Origin: Selaginella moellendorffii
Taxonomy: Eukaryota; Plantae; Lycopodiophyta
NCBI RefSeq assembly: GCF_000143415.4
Contig: NW_003314279.1
Coordinates: 274,734-338,733 of the forward strand
DNA: 64,000 nt
Direction: 5' to 3'
A program made the translations under genes and the position numbers. The notes under the pieces are model-generated. The model had not been told where the DNA came from. It searched no databases and worked only from the letters and a program-made list of their open reading frames with translations. The first letter of the stretch is position 1; the number at the start of each line of letters is the position of its first letter. Of the stretch, positions 40,565-55,874 are shown piece by piece.

Positions 40565-43500
40565 CTAAAAGAATCCAAACCCCTTCCCTGGAGCCGCCGC
40601 AAACAAGCTATACTCCCCAGCGTTCATGCTCGCCTTATTGATGCCACTGGGCAATCGGTCCATACACTTGATGCTCACCACCACCTCTTCTGCGTTGGCC
40701 TCGCGCGGCGGCGACGATGCGAGCTTCGGAGAGTCGGAGACAAGCGGCGGACAAGCATCGCCACCATTGCTACTGGCACCACCACCACCGCCGCTACTAC
40801 CACCACCACCAGAAGTAGCAGCGCCGCCACCAAAGTGAAACAACGAGAAGGTGTTTGGCGTGAATCTAAACTCCTTCTGGAGCTCCTGGAATGAGAACGT
40901 CGCCGTCTGCATTGGCTCCCCCAGCGATCCCGGCTTCTCCACCTTGAAGCTCTGCTGCTGCTGCTGCTGCTGCTCTTGGATCTCCGGTGCTAGAAGCGGC
41001 CTCGTCGCGTCCACTGGTATCCACGCCGCCGCGGCGTAGTCCGGTCGAGGAGGCGGCGGCGGCGGCGGCGCTTGCATGGAGACCATCTCGCCGGCGGACA
41101 GCGATGGCATCCTCAGGGGAGGATGGAAAATGCGAGGAACCGGAAACCTGGGATAGCCGAACGCTGCCGGTCCTGGAATAAACATCGGCGGTGCTGCTCC
41201 TGGAATGAATGGAGTCCTGGCTTGAGGCCCTCCCCACGGGCCGTGCACCGCAGGAAAGCACGCGAATCCTGGCTGCTGCGACTGCGGCGGAGGATGCCGG
41301 TGGACATGGTGGTGAGTCGGAGGTGGAGGCGGCGGCGGCGGCGGCGGCGGTGGCGAGTGAACTGGTAGCATCTCGACCACTGTTGTGTACGTGTGATGGT
41401 TCTTCGCCGCTCCGCCATGAACGAAACCATTCACGTAACCGTTTCGAATGACTTCCGGTGAGCAGACTGGAGGAGGATATGGAGTTCCCAGCGGTGGAGC
41501 AGTAGCAGTAGTAGCGGCGGCGGGAACCGAGCATGCTGCAGCTGGGGTCGTACAAGTTTCCGCTGCACTGGCTACTTCTGCTGCATCCTTCGGCTCCTCC
41601 TTCGCTACGTCGGCTCTGTTTCTCGGGCTTTCTTTCCGGCTATCAGCATCCATAACCTCAGCCGAAGCTCCACTTAAACTGCCATCTCCGATAGCCTCCA
41701 GTGGCTTTTCCAGCTCTGTCCGATCGACTAAAGGTTCCACCTGCATCATCTGGCTGTCCGATGATTTTTCCTCATCCACCCCGCATGACAACGACTCGTT
41801 GGCAGGGGCGGCTTCTCCCTTGGTCACACCACCCACTGGATCCTCTAGAGGACAACAGACATCTCCATTCAGCTGCACGTCATGCTTCACCCCGTTCGCG
41901 TTTAAGCCTTTCGTGACAACTTTCGTGTATGTCATGCCTTCCTTCCTCGACCTTACTGATTCAGGAGAAGTGGGCAGTTTCTGACTGCCTAGATTGGTCG
42001 TTGCCGGAACCCGGCTCTTAAACACACCAGCCTTTACGTGCAGTTGCCTGGACTCTGGTTTCCTAGTCACCTTTGTAGGAGACTCCTGCATTCTCTTGGC
42101 CCAGAATGTGGTCGTGCATGCGCATTGCTGCGTCTCTTGTCTGGCCATCGGAAACCCGTTACGAGCTTTCAACGGCTCGCTGTCAGTTTGCCGCTCTTGT
42201 ATGGCCAAATCTGAGGAGCCCCTGTGACTAACTCTTTCGAAAGTCATTGATGTCCCTCGTCGAGAATATCTAACTGGAACTGAATCAGCCACCTGCTGTC
42301 TCTTGCCATTTGATCGCCTCTTTGCTGCCTTGGACTGCTCTACAATGAATGCTCCGCTACCGTCCCTCGAGTTACCAGTGTCCAGAGTGCATCCGGCAGG
42401 AGACTCTCCGCCGCTTCTCTCAGATTCGTCTGGCACCAGCCGCACTTCTGTCATGTCCGATAAACTACCTTCTTCATTCTGTTTGCTATCAGCTTGAAGT
42501 GCAACATTCTCCTCGGATCTCGTGGAAGACGGTCTTCCACCTTTGCCTTTCTCCTTCTCACGTTCTTTGCACTTGAGCTTCTCTTTCCTTCTCAGCTTCT
42601 TTTCCTTCTCTTTTAGTTTTCTTCTTTCCCTGCGCTCCTCCTCTTCCCTTTTCTCATGCTCTTCCTCTTCCAAAAGCTTATTCTGCGAGGATTTCTGCGT
42701 TAAAAAACGGGAGGAATAATCAGAAGACACATACCTGCTTTTCCAACGTGGCTATCTCTTTGCATGCAACTCGTACTCGGTCTTCTAGTAATCCAAGAGC
42801 CAGGCAAACGAAAATACTATGTGCATTTTGCCGAGCAGTTCCCTCCCGGAACGCTTTCTCAACCTACATAAGCAGAGATGATGACAATATTCAGCTAAAA
42901 CTATTTTTTTCTGTAAGCCTGCGCACCTGTTCCTTGAAAATAACCGTTGCTGCGTCTAGAAGAAAATCGCGTGCAAGCTCGGGACTTTTAGCGTGCTTTT
43001 GCGAACGAGAGCCTTCACCATCCAGTTCATTGCCATCTTTGTCGAAACCATCGTCGTCCTTGAATTCAAAACAACATTTAGTAAGTGACATGATAGACTG
43101 AAGCACAATCCCTACCTCCTCTTCTTCTGTTTCTTCTGCATGCTCGAAAAAGCGTTGTATGCTTTCGCCCTCAGTAATGGAAACAATCCCGTCACCGACA
43201 AATAGCCGACGATGTACACATAATTCACCCTTCAAAGCATGAGCTTTGACGGTAAAGTCACTACATCTCCCGTCACGTTTCCAAGCTCTGAGAGTGATGA
43301 AACAGTCGAAGATATTTCCTAGATCTAGGCCCTCCACTTCCACTCTGTCCGATAAACCCACATCTTCAAAGCCAAATATGTCGGACTTGCCTTCTGCAGT
43401 TCCTAGTGCCCACTCAAAATGTTGGTATGGAGTGCCAACTTCCCCTGCGATTGATTCATGCCAATCTGCTTGTACTGCATTATCAGATACCTATCAGATA

Positions 43501-44846
43501 AAACTGAGCGCATTAGAAACAACCGAACATAAACATAAAAAGATAATACCTCATACTGGAACGTAGTATCCGCAGCACAGAACCATCTTGTGCATCTTGG
43601 CTCCTTCCTAGCTCTCTTCAGCTCCTTCATTTCTTTGAACTCGCGAAGGACATTGCGTCGACAATCCCTACAAAACCTTTTGCTGTCGAATCTGTGAACG
43701 AATGTTAAAGTCGCACTCAAACGAAAAAGGGAAAAAGATGATGTACCTGAACATAAGTCTCTCGATGAAGTCCTCCTCTTTCATCCTCAAAAGGGACCGT
43801 CTTGTCTCTTCACTTAAAGCCGACCAAAAATCCACTAGAGCTTCGCAAGAAAGTCTGGTCGTATGAAGAGCACAGGTTTCCTTTATTCCATGGCCTCTGC
43901 CCGACGAGTAAATACCACTACTCTGGCTTATCCAGCCTCGTCCATTCCCCCCACAGGCGTCCGGGTAAAGCAGCTCTCGTTCTCGCTCCCTTCCCCGTGC
44001 ACTCTCAAACACCTGAGAAGTAGTACTACACACTGTCAGTTTAAACAACTGCAATGCGAGATGTAAAGCAAAAGAAAATCCTAAGAAAGAGAGGCAAGTA
44101 ATCCGGGGGTACATTTTGGAGCACCTCGAGTGACGTCCCGTCTAAGAAGCAGTCGAGGACAGTAAGCATGCAGTCCCTTGTTGCTGCTAATCCACCCCAG
44201 GGATGAAGGGAGGGATCTTTGGCATCGTCTTGAAGCGTCCCAATGTAGCCAGCACCCGCATTGCCATTAACTTCGTCCTCTGGGTAGACTTTCCGGCACT
44301 TGGAAGTGTTACGTCCAACGGAGAGGTTCTTGCCGTACATAACAATCTGAGAGAATCCTTCCACCAAAAGTCCATGGCACCTGGAGCAGTAGAGATTCTT
44401 CCGGACTTGTTCGAATAGAGTTTGCTTATCGATGCGGAGCAGGTTGCGCCTGGCATCGGCTGGAAGCCCATTCCAAAACTGCAATGAGCAAATCGCAGCG
44501 AGTTAAAATCTCGTTCCAGGTTATGCCTAGCAAACAATAAGCTTCTCTGACACCCCCTGTGGCTGCATGTATAGACACCAAAAAAAAGGCAGTCATGAGG
44601 AAAAGCGCTAGAACAATTCTACATCACCACGACGAAATCCAAAACGAGAGAGGAAAACCAAATGAAAGAAAATTGTAAAACAGCCAGCTATGGACTTACC
44701 TTTTGAAGCTGCGAGTAGGTGACATCTTCAGTGTTGGAGCGAGACCATATAGAGTTTCGTGCGTCGCTGGGCGTGTTGCATAGCGAAGACCCGGAAGAAG
44801 ACGACGTAAAAGAGTGATGGACCTTGTTGCGCGATAGACCTGGCAT
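40565..44846 (-). CDS. Plant-conserved protein of unknown function (NST1-like coiled-coil, Pro-rich C-terminus), multi-exon
   Basis: MPGL...QLQK|FW, IDKQTLFEQVRKNLYCSRCHGLL, FDSKRFCRDCRRNV, AHSIFVCLALGLLE, KEKEKKLRRKE, EYSLFAA end. Confidence 0.85.
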
Positions 44847-46250
44847 TTTCACGAAAGCCTGGGATTTTTCCTACTCCTCTCCATTTCTGACGTCTATATC
44901 ATCAATCGCTGCGTCCTCCGGTAGATCTCACGACCAACCTAATCACAAAGCAATGCGGCGTCAAAGAAAGAGAAAGGGTTTCCACAACGCAAAACAACAA
45001 AAGACCTAATCCAATCCAACGCCATGCCCGGACCTTCGATCGATCCATCCATCGACCGATCGATTACGATGCGACGAATTGGATCTAACAACCAGAAACA
45101 GAGCTTCGAGATCAAACCTCATTCCGCGCTGTGCTGCGCCAGATCGCGCCGGATTCCCGATGCTTCGCCGCGCGCGGTCGAGGAGCGATCGCGCTAGATC
45201 TAGACGCCGATTGCCTGAGATCAAGAGAAAACCTAGACGGATCGCTTTGGCGAGGGCAAAGGCAACGCCTCGCCAGACAAAGGGCCCTCTATTCCTCGTG
45301 TAAGAAAACCGAAGCGAGGAGGCTTAACCGGAATTTACTAACTATGCTGGCGTCCGTGTGTTCTCTTTTTGCCCTTGTCAATGAGGCAGTGGGGTCCGTG
45401 GTTCGATTCTAGGCCTTCTCATACTAGAATATTCGTAGAATGTACCCGTTTCTGCAGATAATGAATATTCTGTTTTTAAAGGGTTGGTAGCCTTGAAAAT
45501 AAGGCCTCTAATGGATATTTTAAAATCTGATGACCCAAAAAGATTTTTTGGGATGAGATGAGATGTCAGTGGTAGCATGACTTTTAATAAATACATAAAA
45601 GCATTATGCCTTGATAACATAGTTAAACACCACTCTTCATTTGCAACTTCAATAAGTTTTTCAAGACTAAGCAATGACTTAATAAAGATTTTACTATTTA
45701 CTTAAAGGAGTAATGCCTGAATAACCTTGGCTTAGCAAGAGTCTTTATTGAGAGTTTGAGATGTATAACAATTTATTTATGATGGCACACAATATTATAA
45801 TGCACATAATCACGTTTTAATTGCTATAATAGCAATCAGAACATAATTGTGTGCATTAGAATTTTAGCATAGGGAATTCCACATATGAATCCAACCCATG
45901 CAAGTTGGCATTGCCTATAACACACAGAAATATCTAAGATTGCTAGATGCTATGTTATAATTAGGTGGCAAAAAAATTCAAAGATTGCATTGAGTATGGT
46001 ACTTGGCAATAGGATCATGTGCTCCAGCTTATCTAACATACCATATAGCACCATAATCTTTATCAATTCACTAATAATTTCATCTAGCACCTACTGCTAC
46101 TATGAGATTCTGCTCCCCTAGATCAAATTGGTGTTATGTAGCACTCACAATTGTGAGGTGGAGATTGGTTAGACTCTAGATCAATATCCAGGTGTATTTA
46201 GCCGTGTGTTTAGTGCCTTAGGAGCTTTAATCAAGTGCTCTAGTGCAGTA

Positions 46251-47098
<848 letters not shown>

Positions 47099-48879
47099 AG
47101 TCTAGATTAAAACCAATCCCATAGCTACTAAAATCCCACTATGCTAATATTAATATATAGCATCGTAGCTGTACACTTGGACCTCCATCCCCTCCTCTTG
47201 AAATGATAGAAGACGATCAAGGTTCTTTCGTGGATGGGCTAAGATTTTGTAGTGCATGTGATTTACCATAGGATAACCATAAAGCGAAACCTAAACCCTC
47301 CATGTGCCACGTGTTACATGCCATATGCCACATGCTATGTGTCCAAAGGACAGTGGTGCAAAACCCAAATTTCAAGGCCTTGGGCTATTGAAGAAAAGTA
47401 TAGAGCTAAACTCTTAAGTGTGGAGCTAAGGAATGATGGAATTGGACTACGAAGCAACTCTTGAGCATATATCTCAAGGAGCAAAAGGATAGAAGCATGG
47501 AGTGACTTGGAATAGTCTTAAAGTATCCAACATCCCAATGCCAAGACTAACACGCAAAATAGAGCTAAACTGAGTTTAGTGTTATTTCAATATACCAATG
47601 GCTTAACACAAGGATATGAGTACTCCACTAGTTAACATGGAATGGAATTTGGGCTTAGACCTAAGCTAAACACAAAACAAGGATAAGCACTCAAATGAAA
47701 ACTAGACTATGCCTCAGGTTTGTTGGCCATGCCCACTATCCCTACTATATATTTAGAACTCCCCATATTTGGATACGAGACGAACACTATTATGTTCAAA
47801 ACAATCTTTACATTCTGTAAATATGCCAAATGAGCAAATTTAGACACTTTTCATAAATAACATTTAGGACCAAATAGTATTAACATAAGGTGCATGATAG
47901 CGAAGGTGTTTGGCAGACACGGTAAATTATCATTTAGCAAATATTGAAGGATCAATCTCAATATCGTAAGAATTCTCAACATTAGTAAGTGCAAGTCAAC
48001 AATATGAATTTCTCATCATTATATCAAGTATGTTTGACTAAATGACAACTTGAGGATTTCCTTCCTTAGTGCCCTTCTAGTCTAAATGCACATATGATGA
48101 CCAATTTTTCAACTAACTTAGACGGAGACTAATAAAGGGTCTAGCAATACCAACCTCCTGTCATCGTGGCAGTAAGAAAAAGAATATCCGAAAGGACTAA
48201 CTGACAAGTAACTTTTGATACCCAAAGTCACATTTGTGACACTCTCCCCCTCTTAGGGAAGATCAACGTCCTTATCGATGCATACTTCAATTTAAACCAC
48301 CACCAAGGAAACAACTTTAAAAAAAGTTCGCAATGATCACATTATGTGAGAAATGCACGAACTTAAATAAGTTAGGGTGTCTAACATGGATGCACTACCA
48401 ACTCAGACACCTCATTGTTGACAAGGAAATGACCAATGTAGTCAGCCACCCTTGCTACTTTAAGTGTCACCCAGCGTACAAAAGTTTGATACGCCTCTGC
48501 CTGCAGGGACATAAAGAGAGAAGCCAAAAGCCCCAACCCTCCTGAACAAAGAAACCAAACCTATCAATAAGATTTAGATAGACTACTGTAAATACGCAGT
48601 TAGAGTTGTTTACACAGTTATGCCCTTTTATTGAAATAAGGAATATCAATAGAGAGGCGGGTGATATGATCAATCAACAGTAGCTACCCCATGACTAAAG
48701 ATTTCACTATACACACGAAGTGTTAAAACCAATCTACCTATACTAACCCAAACTCAAAAATCAATACATGGACCCTCTCCCCCACAAGACACTGCTGCCA
48801 TTGGGCTTGTCGACAAGTTCTTCAAAACCCATCGTGAGCAGTGTCATCCAGATGAAGCTTTTGTTTGGCCTAGCTTGGG

Positions 48880-49030
48880 CATATGCCACAAACAGTGCAT
48901 TCCACGACATGAGGCAGCATTGGGAAGGAGGTGTTTGATTGGAACCCTTGTGGCGTGGAACACCCTGCTTGCCTCATACTCAAAGCAAGGGCTTGTGGAG
49001 GAGGCCTTGCTTGGAATGCAATTCATATAC
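48880..49030 (+). pseudogene. PPR remnant
   Basis: LVAWNTLLASYSKQGLVEEALL. Confidence 0.55.
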
Positions 49031-50149
49031 AGCTTTGTGTCGACCAATAGTGCTTTGCTCCACTCAAATCCGGCCTCACACAGTGGTGCTTGAGCTCCCA
49101 GGGAATTTGCTGGGGGTCTTTTCCCCAGGCTTGCTAGCGTGTCTTCCAAGTACATCCTCATACCCAGATTCAGACCGATTCGAGCGTTGGCCTCAGAAAT
49201 CCTCTCTTCTCATGCTGTCAGCAAAGTTCCTGGGATCCATCTCCAGCTGCCCAGCTCCGCTGTTCTCGAAACAACCATGGATCCTGGCTGCTTCCTGGAA
49301 CAAAACTTCCACTCATGTTTGCTGCTGTTCCTGGAAAGCCTTGCGATCCATATACTAGTGGCTGAGCAGCCTCTACAGCTTCTCCCTGTCCCCCGACTCC
49401 TCTCCACCAAGTCCTCCAAAGTCTAGACTTGAGATCCCATGACTTCCTGGCATGAAATGTTGCTAGTGTGGCTGGAATAGACCATTGTTGATGCTGTGGA
49501 GGCTCCCAAAGGAAGACTGTAAGATCGGCTTGAGAAAACCAGGAACTAGCTGAGACATCTTTGATCATTCTCCAGCGTCATGGACACTATCAGTGATGGC
49601 CTTGTTTTGAGCTGCCAGCTGCTGATAATTCTCCCACTCCCACTCTGATATGGATGCCTTGAACTTATAGTGTCATTGCCACCGACTATGACGCTTGATC
49701 CACCACCTGTTCAATGGCATGCTTGAGAGGAGGCCTTTCATGGTTGGCAATGCTAGTGGTTGTTTGTTTTTACTCTTTATCTCTCTTCACTTTTATTTCA
49801 CTTCATCCTGTTATTTTTTACTTTTACTTCCATCATTTTTCTTTTCCTATTATGTTTTATAATATTTTCTTTTTACTCTTTAATTCCTTTTTTAGATCCC
49901 TTAGCCTTTGTGTTAGTGTAGTTGATTGGCTCAAGAAAGAGTATATTATCTTATTTTGACTTTGAACTTTCATATGAAGCTAAGCTTTTATTTCAATTGG
50001 GAATGCTCATACTATAAAATTCTTATTTGGCATCAGTCACTATAAAAAATAAGAAATATTAAAGAAATGTGTTATCCAAAGTTTCAAAGTTTTTAAGTAT
50101 GTGATGATGTGATTATTTTAAATATATACCCTTTTCCTCACACTTAAAA

Positions 50150-51480
50150 TCCTACCAATCTTTTGGATCATTTAGATATTGCTTCTAGGTATTGGCAAGT
50201 GTTAATGGCTAAAAATGATGTTTTTAAGAAAAACTTTTATACACTATTTGATTTTTACAAGTTTTTACTAATGTTATTTAATTTGAATAATGTTTTAGCA
50301 ACTTTTCAATAGAGGTTATTTGCAATATACTAAAGGTGACTAGCCACTTCATTAATAATGTCTTGATACATTCAAAACAAATGTGGGAGGAGTATGTCCA
50401 TAATATTTACAGGATGTTCAATTAGTTATGGAAAATTTGGTCAAAGTGCATATTTGGGTTTAAAAATATAATTTATCTTGGGTATTATATTTTTAGTAAG
50501 GTCTTACAAGTTGATCATAATAAACTTGTGGTTATTCTAAACTTTTATACTCCAAAATATGTGAATAATATGTAAAATGAAATATCTTAGTCATTTTGCT
50601 AATCCTCTTTCTAATCATAGTGCACTATTATAAGTGTTGCTAAAGTCATAAACATTGTTTTTTGTTTAGTTTGAACACTATGAATAGGCATTTGAGGAAC
50701 GAAATGTTTACAACTCTTCCAATTTTGACATATCTTAATTATACTCAACTTTTCATATTGTATATAGATGCTTCTGATATTGGCTTTAAAGGTGTGTTAT
50801 TGTAAAAGAGTGTGTGTCCAATTAATATCATCATATTATGTATATCAGTTATATATTACAAATAACAAATGTGAACTACTCCATAATAGAAAAAGATTCT
50901 CTAGCAATAGTTTAATATCTTAAGGATTTTCATATATATTTATATGATTCTCAAATATTGTTAAAGGGTGATTATGTTATAGTCACTTCATTAATGAAGT
51001 AGAAGAACTTAATTAGTTATACTACTTGATGGGTTCTGAAGCTTTAAATATATAACTTTAAAGTTATTCATTGCATAAAGAGCTCTATGGTTGATATTAA
51101 TGTTTTTTCTCAAACTCTTTTTCCTTTTTTACTCTCTTCTTCTATTCCTTAGAAGTATATTATTGTGGATTTTTTAAATGAGAATTCTATACTATTAATA
51201 GTTATTATGCTTGATATTTAGTTTCCAGAAGGTGTAAAGTTAAATTTACTTTTTCTTAATGAGATCTATGAAGTTCAAAATATTGAACTATAACTTTATA
51301 GTAGAGTTGAAAATTGTACATCACTTATTGATAATTTGCTATTTTGATATTTACATTCTTATTATCCTCTTAAGAATAATTTATTTTTACTTTGTGGGGA
51401 TTGATTTTAATGACCTTTTATGGTTGATGGTGCTTTTGATATGAATTCCACACTTTCTCCATGTTTATCGTAATTTTTAT
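50150..51480 (+). mobile_element. Decayed Ty3/gypsy pol (RT-RNase H) remnant
   Basis: TTLPILTY...FILYIDASDIGFKGVLL and NYSIIEKDSLAIV RNase H-like motifs, with many stops. Confidence 0.7.
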
Positions 51481-51899
51481 ATTCTTGACAAGCATATAAA
51501 ATGGACATCATTGTGTGATAGAAAAGGTTTTTTTATTGGCTAGAGATGCAATTAATGTCATTTAGTATCTACATAGATATATTTGGTGCCAAGCTCATTT
51601 CAGCTAGTGGTCTTGATCCATTACACTAATTACACTAATTTTTATATCTATCAATACCTCTTTTTGATGTTCTTTTAGATTTTAACTATTAAATAAGATA
51701 ACTTTAACTACCTTTCATCTTTTTGGATGATGTGAGGTCTAAATATACAATTAAAATATCATATATTGTTATTAGTGTAATAGGATTTTTATAGTTGTTA
51801 GATTGATTTCAATCTGGACCACTCACTTCTATATATAAAAGGCTAATTAAATATGCATATTTCTTATACCAGGAATGTGCATATACATATTTATAATTA

Positions 51900-52315
51900 T
51901 TCAACATTTATTAGGCCACTCCATTAATAATGTACCTTCTACTTTGGTAGATTTTAACATCTCTAACTCATTTCAAGCATACATCACTTAGTATAAAAGA
52001 TCCATTGCTAATGACAAGAAAACCTTTGTAGGCTAAACATATTTGCTATCTATTGCTTCTATAAAATCATCACATGTGCCTTCATGAAAGTGGCTTATTG
52101 TAAAAAAAACACCTAAAGAACAAACTCTTGAAACATTATCCCAGATTGAAACCATTATGAGCAAATTGAATACAAACCATTGATGCACAATTACAATAAT
52201 CTCCAATATTTGTTTCTGTTTATTCAATAAAATATTGAATTTTTGATCCTGAATAAGCTCTTACTTGTTGGATGAGAACCTATTATCATGATAGTAAAAT
52301 ATAAACCTACCTCAT
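51900..52315 (-). pseudogene. Third, degenerate paralog of the small secreted protein at 34316
   Basis: aatattggagattattgtaattgtgcatca, VCSLGVFFTISHFHEGTCDDFIEAI and atggagtggcctaataaatgt align with 34316-34777. Confidence 0.8.
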
Positions 52316-52579
52316 AATTCTTAATTTTAACTTTCCTTTTTATCTAGTTTATATATAAAAAAGAAGGGGCTAGAAACCTCCTTCCAACATAAAATTTAAA
52401 CTTGAAAGCCTCTCTTGGCCTTATTAGTTGAAGATTTCATAATTGAAGTTGAATTTTAAACTCAATAATAGTGGACTATTGTGTGGGTTCTTAGAATTAA
52501 GATTCTATTATAAATCAATGGTCCACAAAATCTTTCAAAATAGAGAAAACATGTAATGATATTTCTTATAAGTTATGCC

Positions 52580-52682
<103 letters not shown>

Positions 52683-54589
52683 AATACTATTTATAATATA
52701 TAAAACTAATAATAATATATGATTATATATGATTATTATAGCATATTAATACTAGGTTTTTTGTTTTGCTAAATGAAAATAAGGGCCATAGTACATATAC
52801 TACTAAGATATTAAGATATCCTTAACATTAAAGTATTGGAAACCTTAAAATATCCAATTTATGTTTAAAAATTATGAACATGAATATCTCATAAATTTAG
52901 GTAGAGGTCAATAACCTTAATTTGTGAAATAGAGGCTGAAGTATAATTTTATACTTGAACTTGCTCCAAAACACAAAAAATAAATAGACATAATATAAGA
53001 AAAGGTGGCAATTGTATTTGCAATATATGTTCTAATGCTTTGGAAGATTTTATATTTTAAACAACTTTATAAGTCTTTATTAGTCATCCTGGTTCCATAT
53101 AGTGAATAAGTTAGGAAATCAATTGTAATGTTTTATTCATGTTTATGTGCTGGACGGAAAATTTATTTAGATGACATCTTAATATTTTTTGGAACCCAAA
53201 ATTCAAATGGAAAACTCAAAAAAAAATTAAATTATTACATATAATTGTTTATTATTCAATTTTAGTTACATTAATTTACCTAAAGTCTTTTTCAAAGATG
53301 CATGATAGTAATATATTCAAAGTTAGTAATATAAAAGCTCACAGTTGTTTTAATCTACTCTTAGAAATCTATATCGAAATTATTATTTTGATGTTACCAT
53401 TATGGCTAACAAAAGCCAAGTGATCCTCTCCATATAAACAAAATTCAAAAAAGAAAGAAATGACTGTTTGGGCAACCAAGAAAGGAAATGTTTTAGAAAC
53501 TTTCAAATGTAAAAGTCATGGAGTGCATTTTTATTTTCTATCTTATATCGCCTCCATATCTTTTCCTGCAAAGGATGTCAAATGAGTCAAAGAAAGACAA
53601 TTTCAAAAGCTGCAGGACGACCATTTGAACATCACTCTTCCTATCAAAACTGAGAGTAGCACGTTGCTGCGCTTTGCCTGCACTCAAAGTCCGCATTAGA
53701 AAAGTCCCCAACACAACCGGTTTGCTTTTCTTGAGCCAGAAACAAGGAGAGAAGAGACCAAAGAAATGGAGAAAAAAGAAAACAAGGAAAGGCAGAAGAG
53801 ATTGCTTACCATAACAGTGTATGAGACGAGCAGGATCTCCAAGCTCTTGAGGTAGCAAATGAAGGCAGAACGACTTTACTGTAAAAAAGAACACAAGAGT
53901 CAGCTAAGCTATCACCTGAGAGAGATAAACAAGCCAACCTTGTGACAAGTAGATATAAAACTACAGGAACGGCCGTAAAGCCTCGTTGGAGAGCAGCAAA
54001 ATTGAGAAGCGATGGTGCTAAGTGACCACGATTCCCACGAGCCCCTGCGAGCTCGGGAGCTCGTTTATGATCACATAGCTCGTAAAAACCAGAAGAACTG
54101 GAGTGAAAGCTAGATAAGGAACAGTGACCGAGAGAGGAGAGCACGCTGGTACATGGACCCCACCAGAGCCTTGATCGCCGCGGTGACGAGCCAGCCGCGT
54201 CAAAGAGAAGAGATCGAAGCCGCCGGAGAGGAGGAGTGCGTCCAGGAGAGCCACCAGAGCTACAAGCTTGCGGTCCGAGAAGCACTGGGACGCCTGCTGG
54301 CATCGATGCAGCTGTGGCCGATCGCGGCGTATGCGAATCCTGCCCAGATCATTTCTCTGCTCTTTTCCGGAGCGAGCGATCAATCAATCGATCCATCACT
54401 AGGCATTATTGGCAAGGGCGTCACTCCTATGTAATGAATAAGGTTTAAATTACTTGTATTACTTTTTTTTCCAAGTGAGCTCTTCATTGATTGTCCATTT
54501 TTGTTGATCGATCAACATACACCTCGAAAACCAGTGTGATTTGTGATGAATATGATCTTGCACACTTCATCCCTCTAAACAAGCATTAC

Positions 54590-55410
54590 TTACTCTCTTG
54601 ATGCTGCAAATTCTTCCTTAATTTCCCACTCTAATTCCTTTGCAAAATTATTTTCTTCATTTAGTGCTAAAATAGGAGATTCTTCCTCCATTTGCTGCTC
54701 CAACTCCATGGCAAAAGTGTTTTGCTCTTTGCCCAAATCAGATTGAGCACCCTGGCCCTGTAAGTTGCTGAACTCCCCCTTAAACTCCTCAAGACCCAAT
54801 AGTAAATCTCCATCAACTTTGAAATCCTTGAGAAAGTTCATCACCTCGTCCTCCATAGAAGGACCCTAGCCATTTTACACCACAATTTCTCAACCTCCTG
54901 GAAGATCTCCCTGTTTTGCATGTATCCTTTGAAGTCACAGGCGTTGACTGGCAATGACTAATCCTCATGCTCATTGACCACAAGTTGACTAAAACATTGA
55001 CCTGTGATAAAGAAATCCCGTGTGTTTGGTGATGGCCTTGCCATTCTCCTCAAAGATCCATGACTTGTTGGCCACGCCCTGCATGAGGATGCACAGTAGT
55101 GACTCCCACTGGTTGTGGCCGATGGAATCGCTGGCGAAGACGACATCTCACAAGGAAGACACTGCCCCTTGATGTCTCCTTCTTGGGTCTCTTTCTTGGA
55201 CGTCGTTTCGGTCGTGTTGTTCCACTTGGGGTGAAGTGCTATTTGCACACTGTGCACTTGTAGCGCGCCTGGATCAGCATGTGGTTGTCAAAATAGTCAA
55301 ACTTGGTGAGTGCCTAGGCCATGAGCTCCCCCATGCTCCCAAACGTAACAAAAGCCTGTTGTGATGCCTATAAATCAAAGACTGGGTAGTCTTTGAGATA
55401 GTGGATGTCC
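54590..55410 (-). pseudogene. Degenerate Dof zinc-finger-like gene
   Basis: TKFDYFDNHMLIQARYKCTVCK*HFTPSG at about 55225-55310 resembles Dof TKFCYYNNY..QPRYFC..C.RYWT.GG; acidic C-terminal ORF 54590-54856. Confidence 0.55.
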
Positions 55411-55874
55411 TTGACCACTCATTTCTCTCATCTCTCTGAAAATTAATCTAGGTATGCAGTTACGGGCGATGAAAATATACTTTACACACAAATATTCTAA
55501 CACAAACATACTATGAATATCAAATATTCTAAAATGAATATACTATGAATAGAATCTGAACCTGCAAAGCAGCAAAGGCAGGCTAGTTGTGGCGAAATTC
55601 AGCTGGGCAAAAGAGGTGGATTCTTGAGAGATGAGGAGAGGTGAAGCTTTCAGTGACTGGTACTTTTTTCTTGTGAGCGGCTTAAACTATGGTTTATTCA
55701 AACCTTTATGGAGGTTAATATTTTAGAAACTTTTTCAGATGTAAAAGTCATGGAGTAAAAGTCATGGAGTAAAAGTCATGGAGTGCATTTTTATTTTCTA
55801 CCTTATACATTATGGTATGCTTTACTAGAACGATGTTTTTTCTTTTTTATCTTTAGGAGCTGAAAAACTATATT

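Noticed and set aside
53806-54448. GC-rich overlapping ORFs
   Set aside because: Coding strand and identity could not be determined
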